A stretch of DNA of 64,000 nucleotides from Armatimonadota bacterium (GCA_046292385.1 JBKBRF010000035.1:13500-77499); one strand, 5' to 3'; numbered from the stretch's first letter, positions 8,715 to 19,340 are shown. Notes: generated by a model not told the origin, from the sequence alone. Numbers and translations: made by a program.

Positions 8715-11039
8715 TCAGCTTCCGAAGGAGCGGGTCGGCTCCGGTGGGCGCTGGTACGGGTAGTTGCGCTCGTGCTCCAGAAGCTGTGCCTGGGCGGCAT
8801 CCAGGTCGCCGCGGTCGGTGTACAGCTGCGCCAGCTCCAGCCGCGCGGAGGGGTGGAGCGGGTTGATCGCAACGACCGACTTCAGCTCCGACAGGGCGCG
8901 GTCGTCCCGCCCCAGGCGGCGGTAGGCGACCCCGAGCAGGTAGCGCGTCTCCAGGCGGACTCCCGCATCGGCGGCGGCGCGCTCCAGCGCGGGAAGCGCC
9001 AGCCGGGGAAGCCCGAGATCGAGGAGCGCGCTCCCGATGTTGTGCCAGAGCAGCCCGCTCTCCGGCCGCGCCTCCAGCTCCTGCAGCGCCTCCAGGATCG
9101 CCAGGTCCGCGGCGGCTTCCGGGATGCTGAAGCCGGAGACGAGCCGCCGCTTCGGCCCGAAGTAGATGCCGGAGCCGGGGATCGGCAGCCCGGACTCCTC
9201 CATATCGCCCTTGTCGCGTGCCTGCGCCAGCACTTCGACCAGCTCTGTCCGCGCCTCCCCCAGGCTGCCGGCGGCGTAGAGCATCAGGGCATAGTTGTGG
9301 CGCGCCCGCAGGTTGAGCGGCTGGGCCGCGGCCGCCTGGCGGTAGAGCGGCAGCGCCTCCGCGAACTCGCCGCGGTCCCGCAGGGCGTCTCCCAGCGCGA
9401 TCAGCGCCTCCACGTTCTCCGGCGCCAGCTTCAGCGCGTGGCGCAGGTTCGCCAGCGCCTCCGGGTGCCGGTTCAGCGCGCGCAGCTCCAGCCCCAGGTC
9501 GAGGAACGCCCACGGCTGCCCCGGATCGAGCCGCGCCGCCTCGCGGATCTGTGCCACCGCCTCGCCGTGACGGCGGGCGTCGGAGAGCACGCGCGCGTAG
9601 CTCAGTCGCAGGTCGGCGTTCTTCGGGTCCTGGCGGACCTGCGTCTCCATCCGGCGCAGGTTGATCTCCTGCTGGATCTCGTCCGGGATCCGCATCCCGG
9701 CGCCGGCCAGCGCGAGCCAGCGGTCGGTTTCCGCGAAGTTCCCGTGCGCGGCGAAGACCCGGGCCCGGCAGAGCGCCACCATTGCCGGCAGCCGGTTCTT
9801 GCCGGTCACCTGCTCCGCGCCGGCCAGCGCCTCCATCGCCTGCTTCGGATCGCCGCTCTCAATCAGCGCGTGCGCGTAGCGGGTGCGGCCGATCTCGTAG
9901 TCGCGCGGGGAAAGCTCCACCAACCGCCGGAACGAGGCAGCGGCGTCCTTCGGACGGTTGAGCTGCAGGCAGAGGTCGCCGTAGAGCAGGTGCGCCAGCT
10001 CGTAGTCGGGCCGCAGGCGGCGCGCCTCGCCGTAGAGGCGCAGCGCCTCGTCCCGGTCTCCCACGCGCACCGCCGCGAAGCCTTCGGCTACCTTCTCCGC
10101 CGCCGCGCGCTCTGCCGGCACGCGCACTATCTGCAGCAGCACGCGGGTGTCCCGCTGCCGCAGCAGGGAGCGCTCGTCCCGGATCAGGAAGAAGCTCAGC
10201 TCCGTCCAGGTGTCCTGGCTCGTTTTCGGGAGCGTCACCTCCCGGGAGAAGACGACCCGCGTCTCGTCCTTCGGCCCCTTCTCCCGCTTCAGCTCCAGCT
10301 CTTCGTCGACCACGCGGATCGCGGTGCTGGTGGCGTAGGCGCGGTACTTGTAGCCGCGGTCGACCGGCAGCTGCGTGGTGAGAGTGATCCGGACCTTCTC
10401 CCCGGGAGCGGCGATGGCGGGCTCCACGGCGAGGCCTTCCACCACCTCCAGGCGCCGGTTCGTGGGGCTGAAGGAGACGCCGCGGCCGCCCTCCCGGGCC
10501 AGCCAGACGTCGTCCAGCGTGATCGAGAAGCGCTCCGGGTCGGTCCGGGTGGCCCGCACGCGACCCACGAACGGCTGGTAGCCGGTCGCTTCCACCCGCA
10601 CGTTCACCTGCGCCACCTCCACGATCCGCGTCTGCTTGGTGACGGAGCGCGGCGAGAGGAGCAGGCTGATCGGGTGCATCGTGAGGAGGCGGCCCCAATC
10701 GAACTTGGTGGAGATCTTGCCCAGCGGCGCCCGCGCCTCGAAGCGGCCGGTGCGGTCGGTGCGATCGGTCGACTTGCCGGTCTCCGGGAACGCGCCGTCG
10801 ATCTCCACGGCGATCCGCGCCTCCGGGATCGGCCGGCGCGTCTCCGCGTCGAGCACCCAGCCGATCACGCGGCCCCAGTCCGGCCGCTTCAGCACCGGCA
10901 CCGGGGGAGACTTTGCGTCGCCCGGCGGCTCGCCCGCGGCGGCCGGAATCGCCGCGGGCACCACCAGGAGCAGGGCCAGCCAGCGGCGCGCGGAACGACG
11001 ACTCGGCATCGAGATCAGGGTACTGCTTCGCACGCTCAC
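8715..11039 (-). CDS. Secreted tetratricopeptide-repeat protein with an N-terminal carboxypeptidase-regulatory-like domain
   Basis: Signal peptide; GRVIGWVLDAETRRPIPEARI; many 34-aa TPR-like units; start may be 11009. Confidence 0.8.
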   Translation of the reverse strand: MSVRSSTLISMPSRRSARRWLALLLVVPAAIPAAAGEPPGDAKSPPVPVLKRPDWGRVIGWVLDAETRRPIPEARIAVEIDGAFPETGKSTDRTDRTGRFEARAPLGKISTKFDWGRLLTMHPISLLLSPRSVTKQTRIVEVAQVNVRVEATGYQPFVGRVRATRTDPERFSITLDDVWLAREGGRGVSFSPTNRRLEVVEGLAVEPAIAAPGEKVRITLTTQLPVDRGYKYRAYATSTAIRVVDEELELKREKGPKDETRVVFSREVTLPKTSQDTWTELSFFLIRDERSLLRQRDTRVLLQIVRVPAERAAAEKVAEGFAAVRVGDRDEALRLYGEARRLRPDYELAHLLYGDLCLQLNRPKDAAASFRRLVELSPRDYEIGRTRYAHALIESGDPKQAMEALAGAEQVTGKNRLPAMVALCRARVFAAHGNFAETDRWLALAGAGMRIPDEIQQEINLRRMETQVRQDPKNADLRLSYARVLSDARRHGEAVAQIREAARLDPGQPWAFLDLGLELRALNRHPEALANLRHALKLAPENVEALIALGDALRDRGEFAEALPLYRQAAAAQPLNLRARHNYALMLYAAGSLGEARTELVEVLAQARDKGDMEESGLPIPGSGIYFGPKRRLVSGFSIPEAAADLAILEALQELEARPESGLLWHNIGSALLDLGLPRLALPALERAAADAGVRLETRYLLGVAYRRLGRDDRALSELKSVVAINPLHPSARLELAQLYTDRGDLDAAQAQLLEHERNYPYQRPPEPTRSFGS

Positions 11040-11327
11040 TCATTCGCCGCCCGACGAGCGAGTGCCTGCCGGAGGAGGTGTAAGTAGGTGTAAGTAAAGG
11101 AGATAAGGGGATGGGTTGGGGATAACGGGATGGCACCGCACCGGACACAGCGCGGCTGATGCCGCAACCAAACTCAAGGCGGCGGAAGAATACTCGGTTA
11201 GTCGAGATCAGCATCGCGCCGAGGGTCCACCCCGCGCCCTCCCCGCCCGGAGCGGCCCTTCCCGCGTGGGGGCCCTCCGCGGCCCTTTCACGCTCCGGCT
11301 TCGCCTCCGCTAGCGGGCGCTGCGGGC

Positions 11328-11501
11328 GTGCTCCCCGGCGCGCTGCGTTCCGCGTCCGCAGGCGGCGCTTGCAGCGAGACGACGGTTCACGGACCGCTCC
11401 GGACGGCTCAAGCGACCACCCCTACCAGGGGTGGTCACAAGTGAACCCCTCCAGCCCTGCCTCCGGCAGCGCTTCCGGGCTCCTGGGGAGCACTCCCCGG
11501 G
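11328..11501. ncRNA. Candidate structured non-coding RNA (nested rod-like fold)
   Basis: Four nested complementary segment pairs plus a 10-bp apical hairpin in a ~700-bp gap with no credible CDS; family not recognised. Confidence 0.45.
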
Positions 11502-11758
11502 AAGAATGTGCGTGGCTCGACAAGATTCTCGCGGTGAGTAGTACAGGCTCCTACTCTTCCTCCTGCTCGCTGGCGACCTGGTGCGCCGGTATGTTCTCGG
11601 AAGGTGGATCCGGAATCCCCGGGCAGCTCCATCGAGGGATGAGGGATGAGGGATGAGGGATGAACTCCGAACCGCTGCGCCGGAAGAGGTGGCGGGCTTT
11701 GCGATCGGCGGTACCAGGTCGGTGGGGGGTTGAAGGAGCGCCCATCGAGGCGCTCCGG

Positions 11759-12868
11759 CTACTTCGCCGGTTTGGCGGGGGGCGCGCAGAGGGCGCACGC
11801 CTCCCGGCCGCTCCGGTCGGCCTCTCCGGCGTCCGCGAAACGGGTGCGCTGGTCCGCGGGGATCCGGTCCAGCAGCCGGCATCCCGCCCGGTGATACTTT
11901 GCCTGCTTTTCCCCGGCGAAGACCGCGCCCGCCGGGCTGGGCCTGGCTGCCGGCGCCGGGGTCGGCCGGGGGGCCTCGGCCTTCTTTGCCGGAGCGGGCC
12001 CGGGCGAAGAAGGTGCTGGCCTGGTCTCGGCCTTCGGGGCCGGCGCCGGCGGTGATGCGGGCGCCTGGGGTGAGCCGGAGGGCTCCGTCGCGGCGCCTTC
12101 CTGAAGCTCCGGCTCCGGCTGGCTCGCCAGCAGCGGCTGCGGCGCCCGGGGACCGGCGGAGGCGAGCGTAGACTTCTCCGCGCCGGTTTGGGCCTTCACC
12201 GGCCTTGCAGGACCGGGCTGCTCGACCGGCGCGGGAGCGGCCTTCGCCGCGGTGGGAGCCGCCGGCGCGGGAGCTTCCGCCTTCTTCGGCTGATCCAGCG
12301 GGCGGGCGAAGCGGAAGCCGGCAGTCTGGCGGTAGCCGGGCACCACCACCCGGGACGCTTCTTCCACCTCGATCATCTGGAGGGTGTCGAGGGCGGCGGT
12401 CTTCACCACGCCCCCTTCGCGGAAGAGATCGCTCCGGAACCGCGGTGCCTCGCCGATGGCGAGAATCCGGTAGGGTGGGGTGAGCGGCGCTCCGTTGACC
12501 GTGATCCCATCCCCATGATCACGGACCGCCGTGGTGGCGATCACCCGCTCCGGCAGAGCGCCGCCGTCACCCGCCACCGCCAGCGCTTCCGCGCCGGCGC
12601 CGCGCAGGGCGTTCAGCACGGCGGTGACATCCCGCTCGGCGATCCGGAACGACGCGGCGTCGGCTCCCTGCGGCACCGCGCGGGGGCTGTGACGGAGCGT
12701 GACGACGATCCCCGGGCCGGAGACCGCGGTGATCCCCGCCAGCAGCTCCGCCTGCGCCAGGCGCTCCTTCAGCGCGGTGGGGGTGAGCTCCGCCGCGCCG
12801 AGCGGCGAAAGCGCGGCCGTGGCCGAGAGCGCGGCCAGGACCAGGATCGGATGCGAAAACCGCTGCAT
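11759..12868 (-). CDS. DUF881-family protein with Pro/Ala linker and C-terminal Ada-like Zn-binding domain
   Basis: AGITAVSGPGIVVTL, VLNALRGAGAEA and PPYRILAIG motifs; C-terminal YHRAGC...ACALC. Confidence 0.8.
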   Translation of the reverse strand: MQRFSHPILVLAALSATAALSPLGAAELTPTALKERLAQAELLAGITAVSGPGIVVTLRHSPRAVPQGADAASFRIAERDVTAVLNALRGAGAEALAVAGDGGALPERVIATTAVRDHGDGITVNGAPLTPPYRILAIGEAPRFRSDLFREGGVVKTAALDTLQMIEVEEASRVVVPGYRQTAGFRFARPLDQPKKAEAPAPAAPTAAKAAPAPVEQPGPARPVKAQTGAEKSTLASAGPRAPQPLLASQPEPELQEGAATEPSGSPQAPASPPAPAPKAETRPAPSSPGPAPAKKAEAPRPTPAPAARPSPAGAVFAGEKQAKYHRAGCRLLDRIPADQRTRFADAGEADRSGREACALCAPPAKPAK

Positions 12869-12934
12869 GCCTCTTCCTCCGAGACTCCCATCGGCTGCGG
12901 CGCACGGCTTCCGCAGGGTTGCTTCGTGATCGGG

Positions 12935-13429
12935 CTAACTCGCGGTAGCGTTTTCCTCCGAGCTGGAGGCGCTGCGCGCCGCGTCGAGGACCGCTTCGAA
13001 GATCTTGGTGTAGCCGGTGCAGCGACAGAGGTTGCCCTGCAGCCAGTAGCGGATCTCCTCTTCCGAAGGGTCCGGATTCTGTCGCAGCAGGGCGGTGGCG
13101 TTCACCAGGAAGCCGGGGATGCAGATTCCGCACTGGAGAGCCGTGTTGCGGACGAACGCCTGCTGCAGCTCGCTGAGCTGGCCCGGGCGCGCCAGGCCCT
13201 CGACCGTGGTGATCTCGCGGTCCGCCGCGCTCGCCGCCAGCACCAGGCAGGAGGTGACCGGCTCTCCATCCAGCAGCACGGTGCAGGCGCCGCAGTCTCC
13301 GGTGCCGCAGCCCTCTTTAGCGCCGGTGAGCTCCAGCTTGTAGCGCAGCACGTCGAGCAGGCGCTCGCGCGGCTCCACTTCTACCGGTTGGGGCTGTCCG
13401 TTGACCCGCAGGGTGATCAGTTGCTTCAT
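12935..13429 (-). CDS. (2Fe-2S)-binding small subunit of a molybdenum hydroxylase (CoxS/CutS-like)
   Basis: KEGCGTGDCGACTV, QCGICIPG and GNLCRCTGY; start at MKQLITLRV. Confidence 0.95.
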   Translation of the reverse strand: MKQLITLRVNGQPQPVEVEPRERLLDVLRYKLELTGAKEGCGTGDCGACTVLLDGEPVTSCLVLAASAADREITTVEGLARPGQLSELQQAFVRNTALQCGICIPGFLVNATALLRQNPDPSEEEIRYWLQGNLCRCTGYTKIFEAVLDAARSASSSEENATAS

Positions 13430-13466
13430 CAATCGAGATTCCAGAACGGTGACGTTCGACAGCCGG

Positions 13467-14315
13467 TCAGGCGAGCAGTTGGCGCAGGGCTCGGGCGGTG
13501 AGGACGCGGACCATCTCCCGCCGGTAAGCCGCCGAGGCGCGCTGGTCGTCGATCGGAGAGACCGCCGCCTCCGCGAGCGCCGCGGCTTCGTCGCTCGCCG
13601 CCGCGCCGCCGCGCTCGACCGCCGCCTCGGCGTCGACCGCCCGCAGGCAGACCGGCGCCACGGCGCCCAGCGCGATCCGGACGTCGTGAGCCCGGTCGCC
13701 GTCCGGCACCAGCGCGACGCAGACGCCGACCATCGCCAGGTCCATCGCCTTGCGCACCGCGAGCTTGGTGTAGAAGTCCCGGCGTCCGGCGGGGGCGGTG
13801 GGGAGACGGATGGCGGTGACCAGCTCGCCCGGCTCCAGTACCGTCCGGCCGGGACCGGTCCAGAAGTCGCCGACCGGCACCACCCGGCTGCCGGCACTTC
13901 CGCCGGTGATCTCCACCGCCGCGTCGTAGGCGAGCAGGGCAGGGGAGGTGTCCGCGGACGGGGAGGCGTTGCAGAGGTTGCCGGCCAGGGTCGCCAGGTT
14001 GCGGATCTGGACCGAGCCGACCTCCGCGCAGCCCCGCGAGAGGGAGGGATACCGCTCCCGGACGACCGGGTGGTTCTCCACCTGCCGGAGGGTCGCGCCG
14101 GCGCCGATCCGCAGGCCGCCGTCAGCGGTTTCGATTCCGCGGAGCTCCGGGATGCGGCCCAGGTAGACCACCGTCTCCGGCTGCCGCCGGCCGGTCTCCA
14201 TCTGGACGATCAGGTCGGTGCCGCCCGCCAGGATACGGGCGCCGGCGCCGTGCTCCCGGAGCAGCCGCGCCGCCTCGTCGATCGAGCGGGGCTCGAGGTA
14301 GTGAAATGAGTTCAT
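13467..14315 (-). CDS. FAD-binding medium subunit of a molybdenum hydroxylase (CoxM/CutM-like)
   Basis: LAGGTDL, QIRNLATLAGNLCNASPSAD and PIDDQRASAAYR motifs. Confidence 0.95.
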   Translation of the reverse strand: MNSFHYLEPRSIDEAARLLREHGAGARILAGGTDLIVQMETGRRQPETVVYLGRIPELRGIETADGGLRIGAGATLRQVENHPVVRERYPSLSRGCAEVGSVQIRNLATLAGNLCNASPSADTSPALLAYDAAVEITGGSAGSRVVPVGDFWTGPGRTVLEPGELVTAIRLPTAPAGRRDFYTKLAVRKAMDLAMVGVCVALVPDGDRAHDVRIALGAVAPVCLRAVDAEAAVERGGAAASDEAAALAEAAVSPIDDQRASAAYRREMVRVLTARALRQLLA

Positions 14316-14494
14316 GAGTACGCTGCTCGGGCTTCGACCCTGCCCGCGGGGCATAGCCTGCCCAACGGCTCATCGTTGCACGGGCGGAGTGCCGTTCCCT
14401 GCGTAGGCGGTGAGATCATCGCCGGACCGCAGCATGGACTCCAGCAGAGCTCTTAGGCTACCCTGGTGCAGCACTCCAACTGGACCTCCTTATC

Positions 14495-15526
14495 ATGATC
14501 GACCTCCGCAGCGACACCGTAACCCAGCCGACCGATGAGATGCGCGCCGCGATGGCGCGGGCGGAGGTGGGCGACGACGTCTACCTCGAAGACCCGACGG
14601 TGAACGCGCTCCAGGAGGAGGCGGCGGCGCGGCTGGGAAAGGAAGCGGCGCTCTTCGTGCCGTCCGGGACGATGGGCAACCTGTTGGCGGTGAAGTGCCA
14701 TACCCAGCCCGGCGACGAGGTGCTGATCGAGCGGAGCGGTCACCTGGTGCAGTTCGAGATGGGCGGGATGGCCTGGTTCAGCGGCTGCCTGCCGCGGGTG
14801 CTGGACGGCCGCCGGGGGCTTCTCGACCCGGCGGAGGTGCGGGCGAACGTCTTTAGCCAGGTGCCGTACTACCGGGCCCGCACCGGCGTCGTCTGCGTGG
14901 AGAACACCCACAACTGCGGCGGCGGCTCGGTCTACCCGCTGGCGACGCTCGCCGAGATCCACGCCATCGCCCGGGAGCACGGCGTGCCGGTCCACATGGA
15001 CGGCGCCCGCCTCTTCAACGCCGCGGCGGCGCAGGGGGTCTCCGCCGCGGAGATCGCCCGCCATGCCGATTCGGTGATGTTCTGCCTCTCCAAGGGGCTG
15101 TCCGCCCCGGTCGGCTCGATGCTCTGCGGCACACGCGAGCTGGTGGAGCAGGCGCGGCGGCTGCGGCGAGTGGTCGGCGGCGGCATGCGCCAGGCCGGCG
15201 TCCTCGCCGCGGCGGGACTGGTGGCGCTCCGCTCGATGACTGAGCGGCTGGCGGAGGACCACCAGCACGCGCGGCGGCTGGCGGAAGGGCTGGCGGAGGT
15301 GCCGGGGATCGAGATCGATCCGGCGTCCGTGGAGACGAACATCGTGATGCTGCGGGTGGCCGGTGGAGCGCCGGCGTGCGCGTCGCTGCTCTCCGGGCTG
15401 CGGGAGCGGGGCGTGCTGGTGAGCCAGCTTTCGGCCGACTCCCTCCGTCTGGTTACCCACCGGCACATTGGATATAACGAAGTGGCCTCGGCCCTGGCTG
15501 CCTTCCGCGCCTGCTGCCACTCGTAA
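14495..15526 (+). CDS. ltaE: Low-specificity L-threonine aldolase
   Basis: [30 protein letters not shown] and [12 protein letters not shown] (PLP lysine). Confidence 0.95.
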   Translation: MIDLRSDTVTQPTDEMRAAMARAEVGDDVYLEDPTVNALQEEAAARLGKEAALFVPSGTMGNLLAVKCHTQPGDEVLIERSGHLVQFEMGGMAWFSGCLPRVLDGRRGLLDPAEVRANVFSQVPYYRARTGVVCVENTHNCGGGSVYPLATLAEIHAIAREHGVPVHMDGARLFNAAAAQGVSAAEIARHADSVMFCLSKGLSAPVGSMLCGTRELVEQARRLRRVVGGGMRQAGVLAAAGLVALRSMTERLAEDHQHARRLAEGLAEVPGIEIDPASVETNIVMLRVAGGAPACASLLSGLRERGVLVSQLSADSLRLVTHRHIGYNEVASALAAFRACCHS

Positions 15527-15625
15527 AGAGGCACCTGAGAGAGCGCGGCCCGACTCCGCGTGCGAGCCTGTGATGGCCGCCGCGGGCTTCCGCCCACTCT
15601 CCCCTTCTCTCCCTCCGGAGATACC

Positions 15626-16951
15626 ATGGTTTTCGATTTCGATCTCGTCCGCCAGGCGGACCCCAAGGTCTACGAGCTCGCCGTCAGCGAGGCGAAGAAG
15701 CAGGTGGAGCAGATCCGCCTGATCCCGTCCGAGAACTACGCCTCGGCCGCCGTGCTCCAGGCGCTCTGCACCCCGTTCTCCAACAAGTACTCCGAAGGGT
15801 ACGCCGGCAAGCGCTACTACGAGGGGCAGGAGTTCATCGACGAGCTGGAGACGCTCACCATCGAGCGGGCGAAGGCGGTCTTCGGGGCGGATCACGCGAA
15901 CGTCCAGCCCTACTCCGGCTCCCCGGCCAACCTCGCCGTCTACTTCGCGCTGCTGAAGCCGGGGGACAAGGTGATGGGGCTGGATCTGCCATCCGGCGGC
16001 CACCTGACGCACGGCGCGCGGGTGAGCATCACCGGCACCTATTATGAGAGCCATCCCTACGTGGGGAACGAGGACGGCTGGCTCGATTACGACCGCATCC
16101 GGGAGCAGGCGCTCCAGGTGCGGCCGAAGCTCCTCATCGCGGGCGGGACCGCCTACCCGCGGGTCTGGGACTTCGAGAAGCTGGCCGCCATCGCGCGGGA
16201 GGTCGACGCCTACTTCGTCGCCGACATCGCCCACATCAACGGCCTCATCATCGGCAAGGTCCACCCGGACCCGGTACCGCACGCGGACGTCGTCTCCTCC
16301 ACCACCCACAAGATGCTGCGCGGCCCGCGCGGCGGCCTGATCCTGTGCAAGGACGCGCCGCTCAAGGGAGTGGAGGGCGCGGACGCCGAGAAGCGGCTGA
16401 ACCGCCTCCCGGGGCGCCTCGACCGCGCCGTTTTCCCCGGCCTGCAGGGCGGTCCCCACGAGAACCAGATCGCCGCGCTGGCGATCGCGCTCGACGAGGC
16501 GGCGCGTCCCGCCTACACCGAATACGCGCAGCAGATCGTGAAGAATGCGAAGGCGCTGGCGGAAGGGCTGCTCGCCCGCGGCTTCCACCTGGTCACCGGC
16601 GGCACCGACAACCACCTGCTCCTGATCGACATGCTGAAGGGGCGGGGGATTCCCGGCTGGCGCTTCGCGAAGGTGCTCTACGAGGCGAACATCGAGGTGA
16701 ACGCCAACTCGGTGCCGAACGACCCGCTCACCCCGCTCAAGCCGGCCGGCATCCGGATCGGCACCCCGGCGATCACCACCCGCGGGATGAAGGAAGCCGA
16801 GATGGAACTGGTCGCCCGCTGGATGGGCGAGGTTGCGGACGCGATGGACGGCGAGAACGTGGTGAAGCCGCAGGAGATCGCCCGCATCCGCGGCGAGGTG
16901 CTCGAAGTCACCCGCAGCGGCCGCTTCCCCGTCCCCGGCATCGAGTGCTAG
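15626..16951 (+). CDS. glyA: Serine hydroxymethyltransferase
   Basis: SENY, NKYSEGY, GGHLTHG, TTHKMLRGPRGG and GIRIGTPAITTRG; GGAG RBS before 15626. Confidence 0.97.
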   Translation: MVFDFDLVRQADPKVYELAVSEAKKQVEQIRLIPSENYASAAVLQALCTPFSNKYSEGYAGKRYYEGQEFIDELETLTIERAKAVFGADHANVQPYSGSPANLAVYFALLKPGDKVMGLDLPSGGHLTHGARVSITGTYYESHPYVGNEDGWLDYDRIREQALQVRPKLLIAGGTAYPRVWDFEKLAAIAREVDAYFVADIAHINGLIIGKVHPDPVPHADVVSSTTHKMLRGPRGGLILCKDAPLKGVEGADAEKRLNRLPGRLDRAVFPGLQGGPHENQIAALAIALDEAARPAYTEYAQQIVKNAKALAEGLLARGFHLVTGGTDNHLLLIDMLKGRGIPGWRFAKVLYEANIEVNANSVPNDPLTPLKPAGIRIGTPAITTRGMKEAEMELVARWMGEVADAMDGENVVKPQEIARIRGEVLEVTRSGRFPVPGIEC

Positions 16952-17134
16952 GCGCTGCCGGTTAGCAGGTTCGCAAGTTGGCAGGTTGCAGGTTGGGCAT
17001 CCGGTTTCCAGCCTGCAACCCACTTACCTGAGCGGGGTAGGTAGATCGCCCGCTCGCTCTCCGGATACTTCTGCACACGCCTTGAGAGGAGCGCCCGGCG
17101 CACCTGCCTGCCCCTCGATGGCCTGCGTTGTTCT

Positions 17135-17455
17135 TCAGAGGCTCTCTGCCTCGTCGGGCTCCCAGCGGGCTCGGGCCAGATCGACCCGGCCTTCGGCGGT
17201 AAGCGGGACGCCTTCTTCGGCCAGCAGCTCGGCCTGGAGCCCGGAGGCGTGGGAGGGGCAGGTGATCTCGCCCAGGCGGTTCACCACTCGCCACCAGGGC
17301 ACGTCGGATCCTTCCGGCAGGCTGCTGAGCGCCCAGCCGACCTCCCGCGCCGCGCGGGGCGCCCCGGCCAGGCGCGCCACGTCCCCGTAGGTAGCGACGG
17401 AGCCGGAGGGAATCCGGCGTGCTACGGCGAGAATCCGCTCGCGGAGAGAGGTCAT
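17135..17455 (-). CDS. Alkyltransferase-like protein (MGMT/Atl family)
   Basis: IPSGSVATYGDVA and AAREVG; PWWRVVN has Trp in place of the active Cys. Confidence 0.9.
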   Translation of the reverse strand: MTSLRERILAVARRIPSGSVATYGDVARLAGAPRAAREVGWALSSLPEGSDVPWWRVVNRLGEITCPSHASGLQAELLAEEGVPLTAEGRVDLARARWEPDEAESL

Positions 17456-18603
17456 CAGAGGGTGGTGAGCGGATCGAAGAGGCGCCGGTGCTCGTTCAGC
17501 GCCTCGCGGTCGGTCAGGCCCGCCAGGTAGTCGCACACACACCGCGCCAGCGGCTCGTCCTCGCAGAGCGCGGCGGGCGGGAGCTGCTTGGGGTGCTCCA
17601 GGTACGACTCGAAGAGCGAGTCGAGCACCCGCCGGGCCTTGATCGACATCCGGAAGACCCGGTAGTTGCGGTAGACGTTCTCTCGCAAGAAGGCGCGCAG
17701 CTCTTCGTTCAGCTCCGCCATCTCCTCACTCAGGCCGGCGGCCGGCCCGGGCGCGCTGCGGATCCCGTCCGGGCTCTCCAGACCCCACTCGCGGACGCGC
17801 CGCTCCGCCACCTGCGCCACGTCCTGGACCTGCGCGTTGATCAGCGCTCGCACGCCCTGGTACTTCGCCTGCTCCGGCGTCAGCGCCGTGCCGCGGCCGG
17901 CGGTCACCCGCCGCCACAGGCTCACCCGCTCCAGCTCTTCCAGCCGGATCAGGCCGGCGGTCAGGCTGTCGTCCAGGTCGTGCGCGTTGTAAGCGATCTG
18001 GTCCGACACGTCGGCGATCTGGGCCTCCAGCGAGGGCCAGCGCGACCCGGCGAACTCCTGGAACTCCGGGATCGGCGCGGCCGGATCGAAGCGGCGGCTG
18101 TGCTTGGCGATCCCTTCGCGGACTTCCCAGGTGAGGTTGAGGCCGGGGAACTCCGGGTAGCGGCTCTCCAGGTAGTCGACCACGCGGAGACCCTGGCGGT
18201 TGTGCTCGAACCCGCCGTGCTCCCACATCCGCTCTTCCAGCGCCTGCTCGCCGGCGTGCCCGAATGGAGGGTGGCCGACATCGTGGACTAGCGCCACCGC
18301 TTCCGCCAGGTCTTCGTTCAGGCGGAGGAACCGGGCGAGGGTGCGGGTGATCTGCGCGGCTTCCAGCGTGTGGGTGAGCCGGGTGCGGTAGTAGTCGCCC
18401 TCGTGGTTCACGAAGACCTGGGTCTTGTACTCCAGCGTCCGGAACGCCCGGCTGTGGATGATGCGGTCGCGGTCCCGCTCGAAGGGCGAGCGGAGGGGAT
18501 GCTCCTCCTCCGGGTGGCGGCGGCCGCGGGTCTCCGCCGCGCGGCAGGCGTAGGGCGCCAGCTCCCGCCGCTCCCGCTCGAGGTATTCGTCCAGGCTCCG
18601 CAT
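17455..18603 (-). CDS. dgt: Deoxyguanosinetriphosphate triphosphohydrolase (HD family)
   Basis: FERDRDRIIHSRAFR, KTQVF, RTRLTHTLE, HDVGHPPFGHAGE and IAYNAHDLDD. Confidence 0.93.
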   Translation of the reverse strand: MRSLDEYLERERRELAPYACRAAETRGRRHPEEEHPLRSPFERDRDRIIHSRAFRTLEYKTQVFVNHEGDYYRTRLTHTLEAAQITRTLARFLRLNEDLAEAVALVHDVGHPPFGHAGEQALEERMWEHGGFEHNRQGLRVVDYLESRYPEFPGLNLTWEVREGIAKHSRRFDPAAPIPEFQEFAGSRWPSLEAQIADVSDQIAYNAHDLDDSLTAGLIRLEELERVSLWRRVTAGRGTALTPEQAKYQGVRALINAQVQDVAQVAERRVREWGLESPDGIRSAPGPAAGLSEEMAELNEELRAFLRENVYRNYRVFRMSIKARRVLDSLFESYLEHPKQLPPAALCEDEPLARCVCDYLAGLTDREALNEHRRLFDPLTTL

Positions 18604-18614
18604 CCGCGTGGTTC

Positions 18615-19340
18615 TCAGGCGCCCGCTTCGATTTCGGCGACGATCTCCGCCGCCGCCGCGGCCGGGTCGCCCGCGTGCGTGAGGGCGCGGCCGATCACCA
18701 GGTAATCGGCGCCCGCGGCGACCGCCGAGGCGGGCGTGGCGGTGCGGAGCTGGTCGTGCTTCGCCGCGCCGGCGGGCCGGATTCCGGGCGTCACGATCAG
18801 GAACTCCCGGCCGCACGCCTCGCGGATCGCCTCGATCTCGAGCGGGGAGGCAACCACCCCGTCGAGCCCGCTCTCCCGCGCCAGCAGCGCCAGACGGACT
18901 ACGGCGTCGCGGACCTCCCCGTCGACTCCAATCGCGCCGAGCGCCTCGCGGTCGAGGCTCGTCAGCACCGTCACGGCGATCACCAGCGGGCGCGGCACGC
19001 CGGTGCTGGAGGCGTGCTCCACGGCCGCGTCCCGGGCGGCGCGCATGGCGGCGGCCCCGGCCATGGCGTGGACGTTCAGGAGCCACGGGTTCTGGCGGCA
19101 CGTGGAGCGGACCGCCCCCGCGACCGTGTTCGGGATGTCGCTGAACTTGGTGTCGAGGAAGACGCGGTCGGCGCCCGCTTCCTGCACCGCCTCCACCCCC
19201 TGCGGGCCGGCGGCGTGGAGAAACTCAAGTCCCAGCTTGAACGCGCCCACCCGCCCGCGGAGCTGCTGAACCCAGCGGACCGCCTGCTCCACCTCCGGAG
19301 TATCGAGCGCTACGATGATCCGTTCCGCCGCCTGCATCAT
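18615..19340 (-). CDS. pyrF: Orotidine-5'-phosphate decarboxylase
   Basis: IIVALD, FLDTKFSDIPNTV, AVTVLTS and VTPGIRP motifs. Confidence 0.95.
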   Translation of the reverse strand: MMQAAERIIVALDTPEVEQAVRWVQQLRGRVGAFKLGLEFLHAAGPQGVEAVQEAGADRVFLDTKFSDIPNTVAGAVRSTCRQNPWLLNVHAMAGAAAMRAARDAAVEHASSTGVPRPLVIAVTVLTSLDREALGAIGVDGEVRDAVVRLALLARESGLDGVVASPLEIEAIREACGREFLIVTPGIRPAGAAKHDQLRTATPASAVAAGADYLVIGRALTHAGDPAAAAAEIVAEIEAGA

